A stretch of 64,000 bases of DNA, taken from contig CAVPOC010000008.1 in the NCBI GenBank assembly GCA_963706955.1, forward strand, positions 224,001-288,000, given 5' to 3'. Under the pieces are notes generated by a model, which was given only the letters and a program-made list of their open reading frames with translations, was not told where the DNA came from and made no database searches. The stretch comes from an uncultured Verrucomicrobiae bacterium (lineage in GTDB: Bacteria > Verrucomicrobiota > Verrucomicrobiia > Chthoniobacterales > Terrimicrobiaceae). Position 1 is the stretch's first letter, and each line of letters starts with the position of its first letter. Both the position numbers and the translations under genes were made by a program. Shown here piece by piece: positions 28,576 to 38,682 of this stretch.

Positions 28576-31098
28576 ATGAAGTCGCCACTCCTGACCGCAA
28601 TGATCGCCGCTTCCGTGGCGGTCGGCGTGAGCGCAAGCCTCGGCCAAGAGGGCCGCGTCGAGGGCGTGGCCGAACGTGAGATCCGCCGGCAGGAAAGCAT
28701 GGCCGGTTATGCTGAAAAGGCTATAAACAAAGGCACCGAGGCGATGATGAACCAGGATTACGAAAGCGCGTTCTCCTATTTCAAAAGTGCGGTCGACGTG
28801 CTGCCGAGCGGCGGCACCGCAGCACTCACCGTTCGTGAAACGGCTCTCGATGGCTTCTGCCGGGCCGCCGTGACGCTCACCGAGCAACGTATTTCCGAAG
28901 GTAGGTATCAAGACGCCACCACGACAATCAGTGTCATTCTCGAGGAACGCTACGCACCCGACTACGGTCCCGCGCTCGCCCTGCAGCGCAAGCTGAGGGA
29001 TCCTGATCGGTTCAATCGGGGATACACTCCCGGCTTCATTGCCAATGTCGAAGAGGTTAAGCAATTGCTCCTTGAAGCCGACGGCTTCTACGGCTCCGGC
29101 CGGTTCGACCTGGCGTTCAAACGGTACGAGCAGGTCCTCAACATCGACAAGTATAACATCGCCGCGCGCCGCGGTATGGAACGGGTCAATCTTGCCCGAC
29201 AGAGGTATGCGACCACCGCCTACAACGAGGCCCGTGGCGATATGCTTACCCAGGTGGACAAGAGCTGGGAGCTTCCCGTGCGCCGCTTCGAAGTGGGCGC
29301 CTCGACAATTATTGAACAGCCGCAGATCGACACGCGCGGAACCTCCCTGATCAATCGCAAACTCGATGAGATCATTGTTCCGCGGGTTGACTTTCGCGAT
29401 GCGACCATCCGCGAGGCCTTGGACTTTCTCAAACAGCGTTCCGTGGCGCTCGACACTACAGATCTGGATCCTACACGCCGGGGGATCAACGTCGTTCTGA
29501 AGGTGCCGGCAGACTCGCCGGAGGCTGACGCCCGAATTACTCTTTCCTTGAATGACATCCCGCTTCGCGCAGCGATCGACTACGTGGCCAAGGCCGCCAA
29601 CCTCAAACTCAAGATCGAACCGTATGCGGTCGCGGTCGTGCCGCAGTCGGAGCCGACCGATATCCTGATCACCAAAGAATACAAGGTCCCTCCCGGATTT
29701 ATCACCTCGTTGCCAGCTACGGGCCAGCCGCCTTTGCCAGGACCAGGCAGCGACACGATTGCTCCTGGCTCGCAACCCGCCATTCAGGCCCGCTCGGGTG
29801 CCAGGGAGTTTCTCGAGGCCCAAGGGGTCACCTTTCCGCCCGGTGCGAGCGCCAATTTCATTGCCAGCACCAGCCGGCTGATCATCAAGAATACTCAGGC
29901 CAACCTCGACCTTATTGACACTTTGGTCGAAACGCAGATGACAGCGCCACCGAGCCAGGTGGAGATCGAATCCAAGTTCCTTGAGGTGACGCAAAACAAT
30001 CTCAAGGAAATGGGCTTTGACTGGCTACTCGGACAATTTGCACTGCCATTCGGCTCGGGCCTCAAATATGGCGGAGGCGGCACCCAGGGCTTCGGGCAAA
30101 CCATCAATGCCAACTCGTTTCCGCTCCTAAATCCGGGTTCGACGACCGTTCCGATTGGTGCGAGCAGCGCCACCTCGGGTCCAATCACCGGGGGGAATCG
30201 CTCAGGTACCACTGCGATATCGGTGAATGCCGTCGATAGCCTGTTGTTCGCAACTCCTTTCGGCCCGGCGCCGGCACTTCTCTCGGTGGCTGGAATTTTT
30301 ACCAACCCTCAGTTTCAAGTCGTTCTCCGGGCATTGAACCAGCAAAAAGGGGTGGATCTGGTCAGCGCTCCGAAGGTCACTACCAAGAGCGGCCAGCGGG
30401 CCACCATTCAGATCGTTCGTGAATTCCGCTATCCGACCGAGTACGACCTGCCTCAGGTCACTCAGACGCCGGGATCCATCTATACGCCGGCGACACCCAC
30501 CACGCCCACGTCGTTCGAAACGAAGCCTGTCGGCATCACCCTGGAGGTTGAACCTACCGTCGGACCCGATGGCTATACCATCGATCTGATCCTTTCTCCA
30601 CGCGTGGTCGAGTTTGATGGGTTTATCAACTACGGCAGCCCGATCAACACGGTGGTGACTGTGGTCCCCGGCGTCTTCATTGATCCCATCACGGGCATCA
30701 CTCAGAGCATTTTGCCCGCAAGCGCTAATTTTGAGGTGACCCAAAACATCATCAACAAGCCAGTTTTCTCCACCCGGGAAGTCACCACGGAAGTCACCGT
30801 ATATGACGGCCAAACCGTAGTGATTGGCGGGCTGATCAGCGAGAACATTCAGAAGGTAGAAGATAAGGTCCCGATATTGGGGGATATTCCCCTCGCGGGC
30901 AGGCTCTTTCGCACGACGGCCGACCAGCATATCAAGCGAAATCTTATCATGTTCGTCACCGCCAGCCTCCTTGACCCTGCTGGCCAACCACTGATCAAGT
31001 TTGATGAAGAGGCGGAGATTTTGCCCGAACCGAGCGCCTCTGCCGTGGAACAGGAAATCATTCCCGGCGACGCGATGACCATTCCGCAACCGCAATAG
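28576..31098 (+). CDS. TPR-containing outer-membrane secretin A (Amuc_1098/PilQ/GspD-like)
   Basis: Signal peptide, TPR helices, QVEIESKFLEV, SAPKVTTKSGQ.A, VGITLEVEP, DGQTVVIGGL, KVPILGDIPLAGRLF. Confidence 0.92.
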   Translation: MKSPLLTAMIAASVAVGVSASLGQEGRVEGVAEREIRRQESMAGYAEKAINKGTEAMMNQDYESAFSYFKSAVDVLPSGGTAALTVRETALDGFCRAAVTLTEQRISEGRYQDATTTISVILEERYAPDYGPALALQRKLRDPDRFNRGYTPGFIANVEEVKQLLLEADGFYGSGRFDLAFKRYEQVLNIDKYNIAARRGMERVNLARQRYATTAYNEARGDMLTQVDKSWELPVRRFEVGASTIIEQPQIDTRGTSLINRKLDEIIVPRVDFRDATIREALDFLKQRSVALDTTDLDPTRRGINVVLKVPADSPEADARITLSLNDIPLRAAIDYVAKAANLKLKIEPYAVAVVPQSEPTDILITKEYKVPPGFITSLPATGQPPLPGPGSDTIAPGSQPAIQARSGAREFLEAQGVTFPPGASANFIASTSRLIIKNTQANLDLIDTLVETQMTAPPSQVEIESKFLEVTQNNLKEMGFDWLLGQFALPFGSGLKYGGGGTQGFGQTINANSFPLLNPGSTTVPIGASSATSGPITGGNRSGTTAISVNAVDSLLFATPFGPAPALLSVAGIFTNPQFQVVLRALNQQKGVDLVSAPKVTTKSGQRATIQIVREFRYPTEYDLPQVTQTPGSIYTPATPTTPTSFETKPVGITLEVEPTVGPDGYTIDLILSPRVVEFDGFINYGSPINTVVTVVPGVFIDPITGITQSILPASANFEVTQNIINKPVFSTREVTTEVTVYDGQTVVIGGLISENIQKVEDKVPILGDIPLAGRLFRTTADQHIKRNLIMFVTASLLDPAGQPLIKFDEEAEILPEPSASAVEQEIIPGDAMTIPQPQ

Positions 31099-31108
31099 CT
31101 CCCGGAAC

Positions 31109-33688
31109 ATGAAACTTCCCTTGGCTGCCATCATAATGCGCGTCGGCCTCGCTGCCACGGCAACCGTAATCTGCCTGGAGACTCAGACTCCCTCACTCGC
31201 TCAAAATCTGGAGGACGTTGCCGAAAGAGAGATCGTTCGTCGGCAAGAAGATTTGGTGGTTGCAGACAGACTGATTATATCCGGCGATAGAGCCCGGGCG
31301 GAGAAGGATTACGAGACCGCCTACGTCAACTATCTCGATGCGCTCGAAAAAATCCCGGCCGGGATCGCTTCCGATAATCTGCGCTCTTCCACCCTCTCGA
31401 AGTTTATCAAGACTGCCCTGCGCTATGCAGAGCAACTTATTGAGGATGGTCGCTACAGCGACGCGGAGAAGGTCGCCAAGACTATTCTGCTTCCCGACTA
31501 CGATCCATCGAACAAAGCGGCTATTCGATTGCTCGCCAACCTCGAGCAGCCCGATTACTACAACAAGACCGTTACGCCGGACTTCGCCGAGGATCGCGAG
31601 GAGGTCACCAAACTTCTCCACGAGGCTGACGAATTTTATCAAGTCGGGCGCTTCGATCTTGCGACCAAGCGCTACGAACAAGTTCTCAATATCGACCGGT
31701 ACAATATCGCCGCCCGCAAGGGCATGGAACAAGTCAGTCTCGCCAAAGCAAAATATTATGGAGCGGCTTACAATGAGACGCGCAGCCGTTTACTTTGGCT
31801 GGTAGATAAATCCTGGGAGCGTCCGGTCCATCGCTTTCAGCGCGGCCGCACCACAACCACGGATATTCAGGCCCGTGGAGGAGTTCGGGGGACCGAAGCC
31901 ACCATGGCCAAGCTCAACCGGATCATCATCCCGCGAATCGACTTGCGGGATACCACCGTGCGTGAAGCTGTTGAATTTCTCAAACAGCGCAGCCGAGAAC
32001 TCGATACCTCGACCGACGACCCTCAAGGGAAGCGGGGCGTCAATATCGTGCTTAAATTAAACCCAAGCCAGCCAGATTTAACCGTGCCCCCCGCCGAGGG
32101 TCCAACGGCTCCGCTGGGAGGGACTGCCGATTCGCGGGTGACGCTTTCCCTGACCAATGTGCCGCTGATCGAAGCGCTGCGCTACCTGACAGAACTCGCC
32201 GGGCTTAAATACAAGATCGAGCCTTATGCCGTCTCGATCGTTCCGATCACCGAAAACACCACCGACCTGGTAACGAAAAAGTATCGGGTGCCGCCCGGCT
32301 TTATCCCCGCTAGCCCGATCACGGGCGCTGAAATCCCGGCACCGGGTGCGCAACGCGACGAGGTTCTCGAGCCCCGTATCGGCAGCCGGACAAACGCCCT
32401 TGAATACCTGCAATCCCAAGGGGTCACTTTCCCGACGGGCGCCTTCGCACAATACGTGCCGGCGAGCAGTGAACTCATTGTTCGTAATACGCCAGACGCC
32501 ATTGATCTGATCGACTCGTTGGTGGACGCTGCCATCGGCGTCCAACCGACGCAGGTGGAAATAGAATCCAAATTCCTCGAGATCACCCAGAATAACGTTC
32601 ACGAACTCGGGTTTGATTGGCTGCTTGGCCCGTTGGCGATCGGAAACACCGGCGCTTACGCCGCGGGCGGGACCCAGGGGTTTGGAACTGACTTCCTCCC
32701 GACCTTCCCAAATCCAGCTAACTTTCCCTTTGTTGCTCCTGGAGGCGTTCCCGTCGGTCAAAATCCCGTGACCGGCGGTTTGCGATCCGGTTCCGGCTTC
32801 GGCCCCAACGCCGCGATTACCGCGAATAGCATCGATGCGCTGCTCGGCACCACGGTTATCGGCACGGCGCCCGGCATCTTTGGTCTAGCCGGCGTATTCA
32901 CGAACCCGCAATGGCAAGTTGTCATTCGGGCCTTGAGCCAGAAGAAAGGTGTCGATCTGATGTCGGCTCCAAAGGTTACCACCAAGAGTGGCCGCAAGGC
33001 GATCGTGCGTGTCGCTCGCGAATTTCCGTATCCAACCGAATTTAACGCACCGGAGCCGCCGCCGCCGAGCACGGTGAGCGGCACTGGCGACACCGTGGGT
33101 CCGCCGCCGGGAACCTTCGTGAGCCAGGGTATCGTTACTCCTTCTACCCCGACTGCGTTCGAGACGAGAAATCTTGGCGTGACCCTGGAAGTTGAGCCGA
33201 TTATTGGTCCCGATGGGTACACGATTGATCTGAATCTCTCGCCGGAGGTCGTCGAGTTCGACGGTTTCATCAACTACGGGTCCACGATCAACGGACCAAT
33301 TTTGACGCTGGGCCGGATCATCACTTCTACTGTCCTCACGCAAAACGTCATCAATCAGCCGATCTTTTCCACCCGGAAGGTCACCACGAGCGTAAGCATC
33401 TGGGATGGTCAAACCGTCGCCCTTGGAGGACTGGTGCGCGAGGACGTCCAAAAGGTCCAGGACAAAGTTCCCATCCTGGGAGACATCCCACTGGCCGGGC
33501 GCCTCTTCCGCTCCAATGTCGATCAAAAGATCAAGCGCAACCTGATTATCTTCGTGACCGCGCGCTTGATGGACGCGGAGGGAAGACCGGTGCGTCTGGA
33601 GGAAGATATCGAGGAAATTGTCGAGCCTTTGGGACTTCCCCAAGAGCTTCAACCCCCGGTCTACGAGAGTCCGACTTTCGGAAAGTAA
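31109..33688 (+). CDS. TPR-containing outer-membrane secretin B (paralog)
   Basis: Same architecture; QVEIESKFLEI, SAPKVTTKSG, LGVTLEVEP, DGQTVALGGL, KVPILGDIPLAGRLF. Confidence 0.92.
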   Translation: MKLPLAAIIMRVGLAATATVICLETQTPSLAQNLEDVAEREIVRRQEDLVVADRLIISGDRARAEKDYETAYVNYLDALEKIPAGIASDNLRSSTLSKFIKTALRYAEQLIEDGRYSDAEKVAKTILLPDYDPSNKAAIRLLANLEQPDYYNKTVTPDFAEDREEVTKLLHEADEFYQVGRFDLATKRYEQVLNIDRYNIAARKGMEQVSLAKAKYYGAAYNETRSRLLWLVDKSWERPVHRFQRGRTTTTDIQARGGVRGTEATMAKLNRIIIPRIDLRDTTVREAVEFLKQRSRELDTSTDDPQGKRGVNIVLKLNPSQPDLTVPPAEGPTAPLGGTADSRVTLSLTNVPLIEALRYLTELAGLKYKIEPYAVSIVPITENTTDLVTKKYRVPPGFIPASPITGAEIPAPGAQRDEVLEPRIGSRTNALEYLQSQGVTFPTGAFAQYVPASSELIVRNTPDAIDLIDSLVDAAIGVQPTQVEIESKFLEITQNNVHELGFDWLLGPLAIGNTGAYAAGGTQGFGTDFLPTFPNPANFPFVAPGGVPVGQNPVTGGLRSGSGFGPNAAITANSIDALLGTTVIGTAPGIFGLAGVFTNPQWQVVIRALSQKKGVDLMSAPKVTTKSGRKAIVRVAREFPYPTEFNAPEPPPPSTVSGTGDTVGPPPGTFVSQGIVTPSTPTAFETRNLGVTLEVEPIIGPDGYTIDLNLSPEVVEFDGFINYGSTINGPILTLGRIITSTVLTQNVINQPIFSTRKVTTSVSIWDGQTVALGGLVREDVQKVQDKVPILGDIPLAGRLFRSNVDQKIKRNLIIFVTARLMDAEGRPVRLEEDIEEIVEPLGLPQELQPPVYESPTFGK

Positions 33689-33796
33689 CCAGAAGTAATG
33701 CCTGCGAGAACCGGAACGGCGCGTGCCGCACTGGCCCTAAGCTATTGACCCGTTGGACGGTCGCTCGCCAGCGGCAGGGTGGCGCCATCTGTTGCA

Positions 33797-34387
33797 ATGT
33801 CGATTTTGGGAATAACCGGCGGTATTGCCTCAGGAAAATCCACCTTTCGGGACCTCCTGGTTCAGCGCATCGGTGCCATCGCGTTCGATGCCGATGCTTG
33901 CGTGAGCGAACTGCTTGAAGAAGATGCCACTGTAAGAGAACAGATCTTGGAGCGCGTTCACCCGGATGCCTATCCCTCCCGAAGACCCAACCGGGCGCTT
34001 CTTCGAAAGCTCATCTATGGCGACCTTCATAAGAAGCGAGCGTTGGAAGATATCCTCCACCCGGTTGTTCGTGCTCGCTGGCTGACAGCGGCCCAAGAAG
34101 CCAAACTTGCCGGGAAGCCTTTCGTGGCAGATATTCCGCTTTTGTTCGAGACAGGTGCGGAAGCACAGTTCGATCGAATCATCACTGTCGGTTGTTCCGT
34201 TGAAATTCAACTTGCCCGCCTCTGTGCGCGGGACGCCCTGTCCCCCGAGATGTCGAAGAAAATCATTGCCTCGCAGATGCCGATTGAAATCAAAATCTTC
34301 AAAACCCATCACCTCATCTGGAACGACGGTTCCCTTGATGCTCTGACCGCTCAAGTAGAGCTTCTTTCCCGCTATTTGCATGACTGA
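33797..34387 (+). CDS. coaE: Dephospho-CoA kinase
   Basis: GITGGIASGKST, DAD, LE.ILHP, DIPLLFE, SQMP. Confidence 0.95.
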   Translation: MSILGITGGIASGKSTFRDLLVQRIGAIAFDADACVSELLEEDATVREQILERVHPDAYPSRRPNRALLRKLIYGDLHKKRALEDILHPVVRARWLTAAQEAKLAGKPFVADIPLLFETGAEAQFDRIITVGCSVEIQLARLCARDALSPEMSKKIIASQMPIEIKIFKTHHLIWNDGSLDALTAQVELLSRYLHD

Positions 34388-35684
34388 GACGGTTGAAAAT
34401 CCACCTGAAAGGAGCGCGGTGGCGCAGCCCCTTCTTCTCAACGACCTTCATCGGCTGAGCCTGGAAAAACTGGCTCTTCGCGGAGCCGATCTCGGCATGC
34501 GTGCGCGCATGGAGAGTTCCCGCCCTCATATGGTGCTCGATCAGGCGCGCTTTCACCTGAGCCAAGGCGGTGTCGTCCTCGCTACAGGTTTTCTCGAGCT
34601 GACAGCTGATCACGGAGTGCTGCGGTGGCCCGCTTTCAGCCTCAAACCTGGACCCGATGACGTCCAGGTTCCTTCCTCTCTGCTTCGGCCACTCGACCTC
34701 CGACCAGGTTTGATGCTCCGCTGCGCGCTCCGGCTTCCACAGGAGCGCGAGCGCGGTCTGGTGGCCGAGTCAATCTTGGAAATTGAAGGAATTCCCGCTT
34801 CGCACTGGGAAACGCCACCGGATTTCGACAAGCTTACTCCGCTCTTTCCCAATCGGCGCATCTTTCTGGAAGCGGCTCAGGATCCTTCGATCAGCGCTCG
34901 CGCGGTGGATCTAATTGCGCCGCTGGGAATGGGCCAGCGCGGGTTAATCGTGGCTCCGCCGCGAGCTGGAAAGACGCTCATGCTGAAGTCCCTGGCCACC
35001 GCCATCCGCGCCAATCATCCCGACATAGTCTTGATGCTGCTATTGGTGGATGAACGCCCCGAGGAAGTGACTGATCTGCGTCGCGACCTGGACTGTGAAA
35101 TCTACAGCTCGACATTCGATGAACAGGTCAACCGCCACGTGCAAGTCTGCGAGGCCGTCGCCGAGCGCGCTAAGCGCCTCGTGGAACTTAGGAAAGATGT
35201 CGTGATCCTGCTCGACTCAATCACTCGCATGTCGCGTGGCTACAATAATCTCCAACCAAACAAAGGACGGATCATGAGCGGAGGCGTCGATTCGAAGGCG
35301 CTCGCCAGGCCGCGAAAATTCTTCGGATCCGCTCGCAACGTGGAGGAAGGAGGCAGCCTGACCATTCTCGCCACCGCCCTGGTGGAAACCCAAAGCCGGA
35401 TGGATGACCTGATTTTCGAGGAGTTCAAGGGCACCGGCAACATGGAAGTCCATCTGGATCGTTCCATTGCTGAGCAGCGTATTTTCCCGGCCATTCACAT
35501 TGTGAAATCGGGCACCAGACGCGAAGAGCTCCTTTACCACCCTGACGAATATGATCGCATCGTCCTCCTCCGGCGCCAACTCTCAGAACTTCCCGCCGCG
35601 GAAGCCATGGAGGTTTTGGCAAACAATCTCCAACACACAAAGTCGAACGCCGAGCTTCTGCTGACCGGCCTGCGCGGCCTCTAA
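34380..35684 (+). CDS. rho: Transcription termination factor Rho, paralog 2 (degenerate RNA-binding domain)
   Basis: [56 protein letters not shown]; overlaps coaE by 8 nt. Confidence 0.93.
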   Translation: MTETVENPPERSAVAQPLLLNDLHRLSLEKLALRGADLGMRARMESSRPHMVLDQARFHLSQGGVVLATGFLELTADHGVLRWPAFSLKPGPDDVQVPSSLLRPLDLRPGLMLRCALRLPQERERGLVAESILEIEGIPASHWETPPDFDKLTPLFPNRRIFLEAAQDPSISARAVDLIAPLGMGQRGLIVAPPRAGKTLMLKSLATAIRANHPDIVLMLLLVDERPEEVTDLRRDLDCEIYSSTFDEQVNRHVQVCEAVAERAKRLVELRKDVVILLDSITRMSRGYNNLQPNKGRIMSGGVDSKALARPRKFFGSARNVEEGGSLTILATALVETQSRMDDLIFEEFKGTGNMEVHLDRSIAEQRIFPAIHIVKSGTRREELLYHPDEYDRIVLLRRQLSELPAAEAMEVLANNLQHTKSNAELLLTGLRGL

Positions 35685-35700
35685 GGACGACCTCGAGGTC

Positions 35701-35762
35701 TGTAGCGACCATGTCCTCATGGTCAAAGGGTTTTTGCCGGCGCTGGGGACAGCGCCGCTACA
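35701..35762. repeat. REP-like inverted doublet 2
   Basis: TGTAGC-GACCA-TGTCCTCA-TGGTC and, inverted, TGTAGC-GGCGC-TGTCCCCA-GCGCC; between convergent rho2 and the GH36 gene. Confidence 0.8.
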
Positions 35763-35783
35763 ATGCACTTTCTTGCGACGAGG

Positions 35784-37910
35784 CTATTTTCGAGACCCGG
35801 CTCTCGCGACATCGTCGCGCCGCTTTTGAAATTGGAAGAGCCGCGCAGAGTGCTCCCGAGGGAGCGTGATAACGAGCTTGTCATTAGACCACGCGTAGTT
35901 GGGAGACTGCGCCTCGGGGTAGATGCCTTTGAAGGTCTGCTTGTTTGTCCCGGTGGGCAACATTATGCCTGCGCTGCGTCGTTCTCCTTCGAACCGCCAC
36001 ACCGCCAGATACCCGTTGGCTCCGCAATCGAGCCCAAAAGCTGCCCAACCGTCGCCAAAGCGCGGCAGGCCAAGCGGCCAAAAAGGAATGCCTCTAGGAA
36101 TGTCCGCTCGAATGCGCTTGTAGACGGCAATGCCCTCTTTGACCAATTGCAAGGCCGCCGAGGAAATTTCATGAAGGCATCCACTTTGATGGATTCGCAA
36201 AAGAAGCACGGTCACCATGTTAAAGATTGTCTCCTCTTCGTCGGCTTCTTTTAACGGATAGCTCCAGATGGCCGCCTGTTCCGGGGTCACTGCCGAGGCG
36301 CAAGCCGCAGCAATAATCGCATTGAGACGAAAATCTGTCTGATCGGAAACCGATTGGATGCTATGGATGGCCAGCTGGGCATAGTCCATGCGCAAGCCAC
36401 CGCTCGAACAATTCTCGATGATCAATTCAGGATGCCGCTCGAAGATATTTTTGATCCAATCCAGATAGGCGCGATTGTGCTCGAGCAACCCATCACCTGG
36501 CGAATCGCACGCCCTGTCTGTTCCGGGCCCTGCGTTGATGTTGTAATCCATCTTGATATAGCCAATGCCGAACTCGCGCAGAAGGCGTTCGATGATCCCG
36601 TCCGCATGGGTGCGCACTTCCGGGTTTCGAAAGTCGAGTTGATAGCGACCATGGTCGATCACTCGCTTTCCGTCCCGCAAGAAGAACCAACTGTCCGGAA
36701 GCTGACGCACAAGGGGGCAATTGATACCCATAACTTCGATCTCCAGCCAGAGACCGGGAATCATGCCTTTGGCACGGATGTATTGAATAACCTCGCTCAA
36801 TCCCGCCGGAAAGCGGGTTACTGACGGTTGCCACGCCCCGACAGATTCCCACCAGGTTTCGCCCAATTCAGCGTACCAGCCAGCATCAACAACAAAGTAC
36901 TCCGCACCCACTTCGGCGGCCTTGTCGATGATGGGCAGCAAAGCCTCGGTGGTTGGATTTCCCCAGAGACAATTCATGTAATCGTTAAAAATGACCGGGA
37001 GCGTCTCCATATCCCGATGAGGTCGACGCAGCCGCCTGCGCACGTGGGTAAGCGTTCCTAAGGCAGTTTGGAGGTCGCCCTTAACGTAGGTGAACGTTAC
37101 TGGCACGGAGGCGAACTTCCCTCCAGGGGCCAGCCTCTTGCTCCAAAGCCCATCGCGGTAGGTTGGACCAGAAACGCGCAGAACCAGCTCGTGCGCGAGA
37201 TCGCTGATTTCCCAAGACCAAGAGCCGTTGTGCTCGATCTGCCAGCAGAGCGTGGATCCCGCTTCGATGTTCTCCAAAGCCGCCAGTGGCAGATGCTCGA
37301 GCGAGGACCAGGTCCCCTGATTGGAAACGGCCACGCGCTTCAGAGAGAAACCGCTACCCGCCGGAGCTCGGTAAGCGGCGCTCAGGCCGAAATCGCGCAT
37401 CTTTCCCGAGCGCCATTGACACTCCGCGCACCACGAGTTATCGGCCACGTGAAGACGCATCTTTTCTTCCCAGGCGCCGCTGCCTCCGCAGGAAACGCCA
37501 AAGAGTGCGAGAGAACTCACGAACTCGAGGAGGACCTCGTTAGAGCCCACGTTCTCGACGACCGTCCAAGTTCGGCAGGCAGGTAGCCGCGCCAGGAATT
37601 GAAAATAAGAACTAACAATAAGTCCGCTCCCACTTTGTTTAATTTCCCAGAGAGATCCTAAATCGTTCCGAGAACTCGAATGGCTAAGATAGCGAAGGAG
37701 TCCGCCCGGATTTGTTCCCGAGCACTTATTGCCGTGATGGTCATGTTGATTGAATCCAGCGGCTTGGAGTTCAACCAGACGTGCCCAACGGCGCTTTGCC
37801 TCCGGAATTCTTGGCTCTGGAAAGAGAAGTTTGACGGGACCTTCCGGCGAAATGTCCAGACGAAGGTTGAGCGGCTTGTTTCCAATCTTGCAGAGGCGAG
37901 TGCGTGGCAT
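35784..37910 (-). CDS. Glycoside hydrolase family 36 (alpha-galactosidase-like)
   Basis: FVVDAGWY, RFP.GL, GLWLE.E, YIKMDYN, ENCSSGG.R; start uncertain. Confidence 0.88.
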   Translation of the reverse strand: MPRTRLCKIGNKPLNLRLDISPEGPVKLLFPEPRIPEAKRRWARLVELQAAGFNQHDHHGNKCSGTNPGGLLRYLSHSSSRNDLGSLWEIKQSGSGLIVSSYFQFLARLPACRTWTVVENVGSNEVLLEFVSSLALFGVSCGGSGAWEEKMRLHVADNSWCAECQWRSGKMRDFGLSAAYRAPAGSGFSLKRVAVSNQGTWSSLEHLPLAALENIEAGSTLCWQIEHNGSWSWEISDLAHELVLRVSGPTYRDGLWSKRLAPGGKFASVPVTFTYVKGDLQTALGTLTHVRRRLRRPHRDMETLPVIFNDYMNCLWGNPTTEALLPIIDKAAEVGAEYFVVDAGWYAELGETWWESVGAWQPSVTRFPAGLSEVIQYIRAKGMIPGLWLEIEVMGINCPLVRQLPDSWFFLRDGKRVIDHGRYQLDFRNPEVRTHADGIIERLLREFGIGYIKMDYNINAGPGTDRACDSPGDGLLEHNRAYLDWIKNIFERHPELIIENCSSGGLRMDYAQLAIHSIQSVSDQTDFRLNAIIAAACASAVTPEQAAIWSYPLKEADEEETIFNMVTVLLLRIHQSGCLHEISSAALQLVKEGIAVYKRIRADIPRGIPFWPLGLPRFGDGWAAFGLDCGANGYLAVWRFEGERRSAGIMLPTGTNKQTFKGIYPEAQSPNYAWSNDKLVITLPREHSARLFQFQKRRDDVARAGSRK

Positions 37911-38004
37911 GAGGGTGTAAATGTCCGGCAGGGGTCGTTACCCGCTTTGTCTCTTGCCTGCACGAACATTTTCATCTCGGAGAGAGGTGATGTAGTCTCT
38001 TCTC

Positions 38005-38682
38005 ATGCGTCTGACGATCTATCAGCTCGAACACAGCCCATACTGCATACCCATTAGTCGAGCGCTGGGAGCTTTAGGGGTGGAATTTGACGAACGCAAC
38101 GTCGCCAACGGCGACCGCCGGGAGATCATCGAACTAACCAATGGCGCTTATTACCAGGTGCCGGTCCTCGCTCACAATGGGAAGGTTATCTTCGAAGCTT
38201 CGCCGACTTCCATCGATGTGGCGCGCTACGTGAATAAGACATTTGCTGACGGACGCCTCTTCCCGCCGGAATTTGAGGGTCTGCAAAGAATCGTAATTTC
38301 TTACATCGAGGACAACGTTGAGAGCGTCACCTTCAAGCTCGTCGATCCATTTTACCTTCGCGATATCGACGACCCGATCGAGCGGGCCATGATTCGAAGA
38401 CATAAGGAACGCAAGTTCGGCCCAGGATGCGAAGAGCACTGGCTGAGAGCGCACGACGCGTTGTTCAGCGAGGCCGAGCGCCTTCTCGAGCCTTTCGACA
38501 TCAGCCTCGCCAGGCAATCATTTCTGTTCGGTGATGCTCCGATCTACAGTGATTTCGCGCTCTTCGGAGTGCTCGGTAATATGACCTATCGCCACTACAA
38601 CTCGCTTCCGACTTCGTTAGCCAACCTGCACGCCTGGTTCGAAAAGATGCGCGGATTCAAGTTCGACGCCGCGCCAAATTAG
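38005..38682 (+). CDS. Glutathione S-transferase/glutaredoxin-domain protein
   Basis: HSPYC, QVPVL, S.D.ARY, C-terminal FLFGDAPIYSDFALFG. Confidence 0.85.
   Translation: MRLTIYQLEHSPYCIPISRALGALGVEFDERNVANGDRREIIELTNGAYYQVPVLAHNGKVIFEASPTSIDVARYVNKTFADGRLFPPEFEGLQRIVISYIEDNVESVTFKLVDPFYLRDIDDPIERAMIRRHKERKFGPGCEEHWLRAHDALFSEAERLLEPFDISLARQSFLFGDAPIYSDFALFGVLGNMTYRHYNSLPTSLANLHAWFEKMRGFKFDAAPN

Noticed and set aside
28570..29994. Long antisense ORFs (474 aa here; also 1230-2162, 2511-3548, 30202-31158, 58916-59845)
   Set aside because: Shadows of well-supported genes in GC-rich DNA, with no recognisable motifs.
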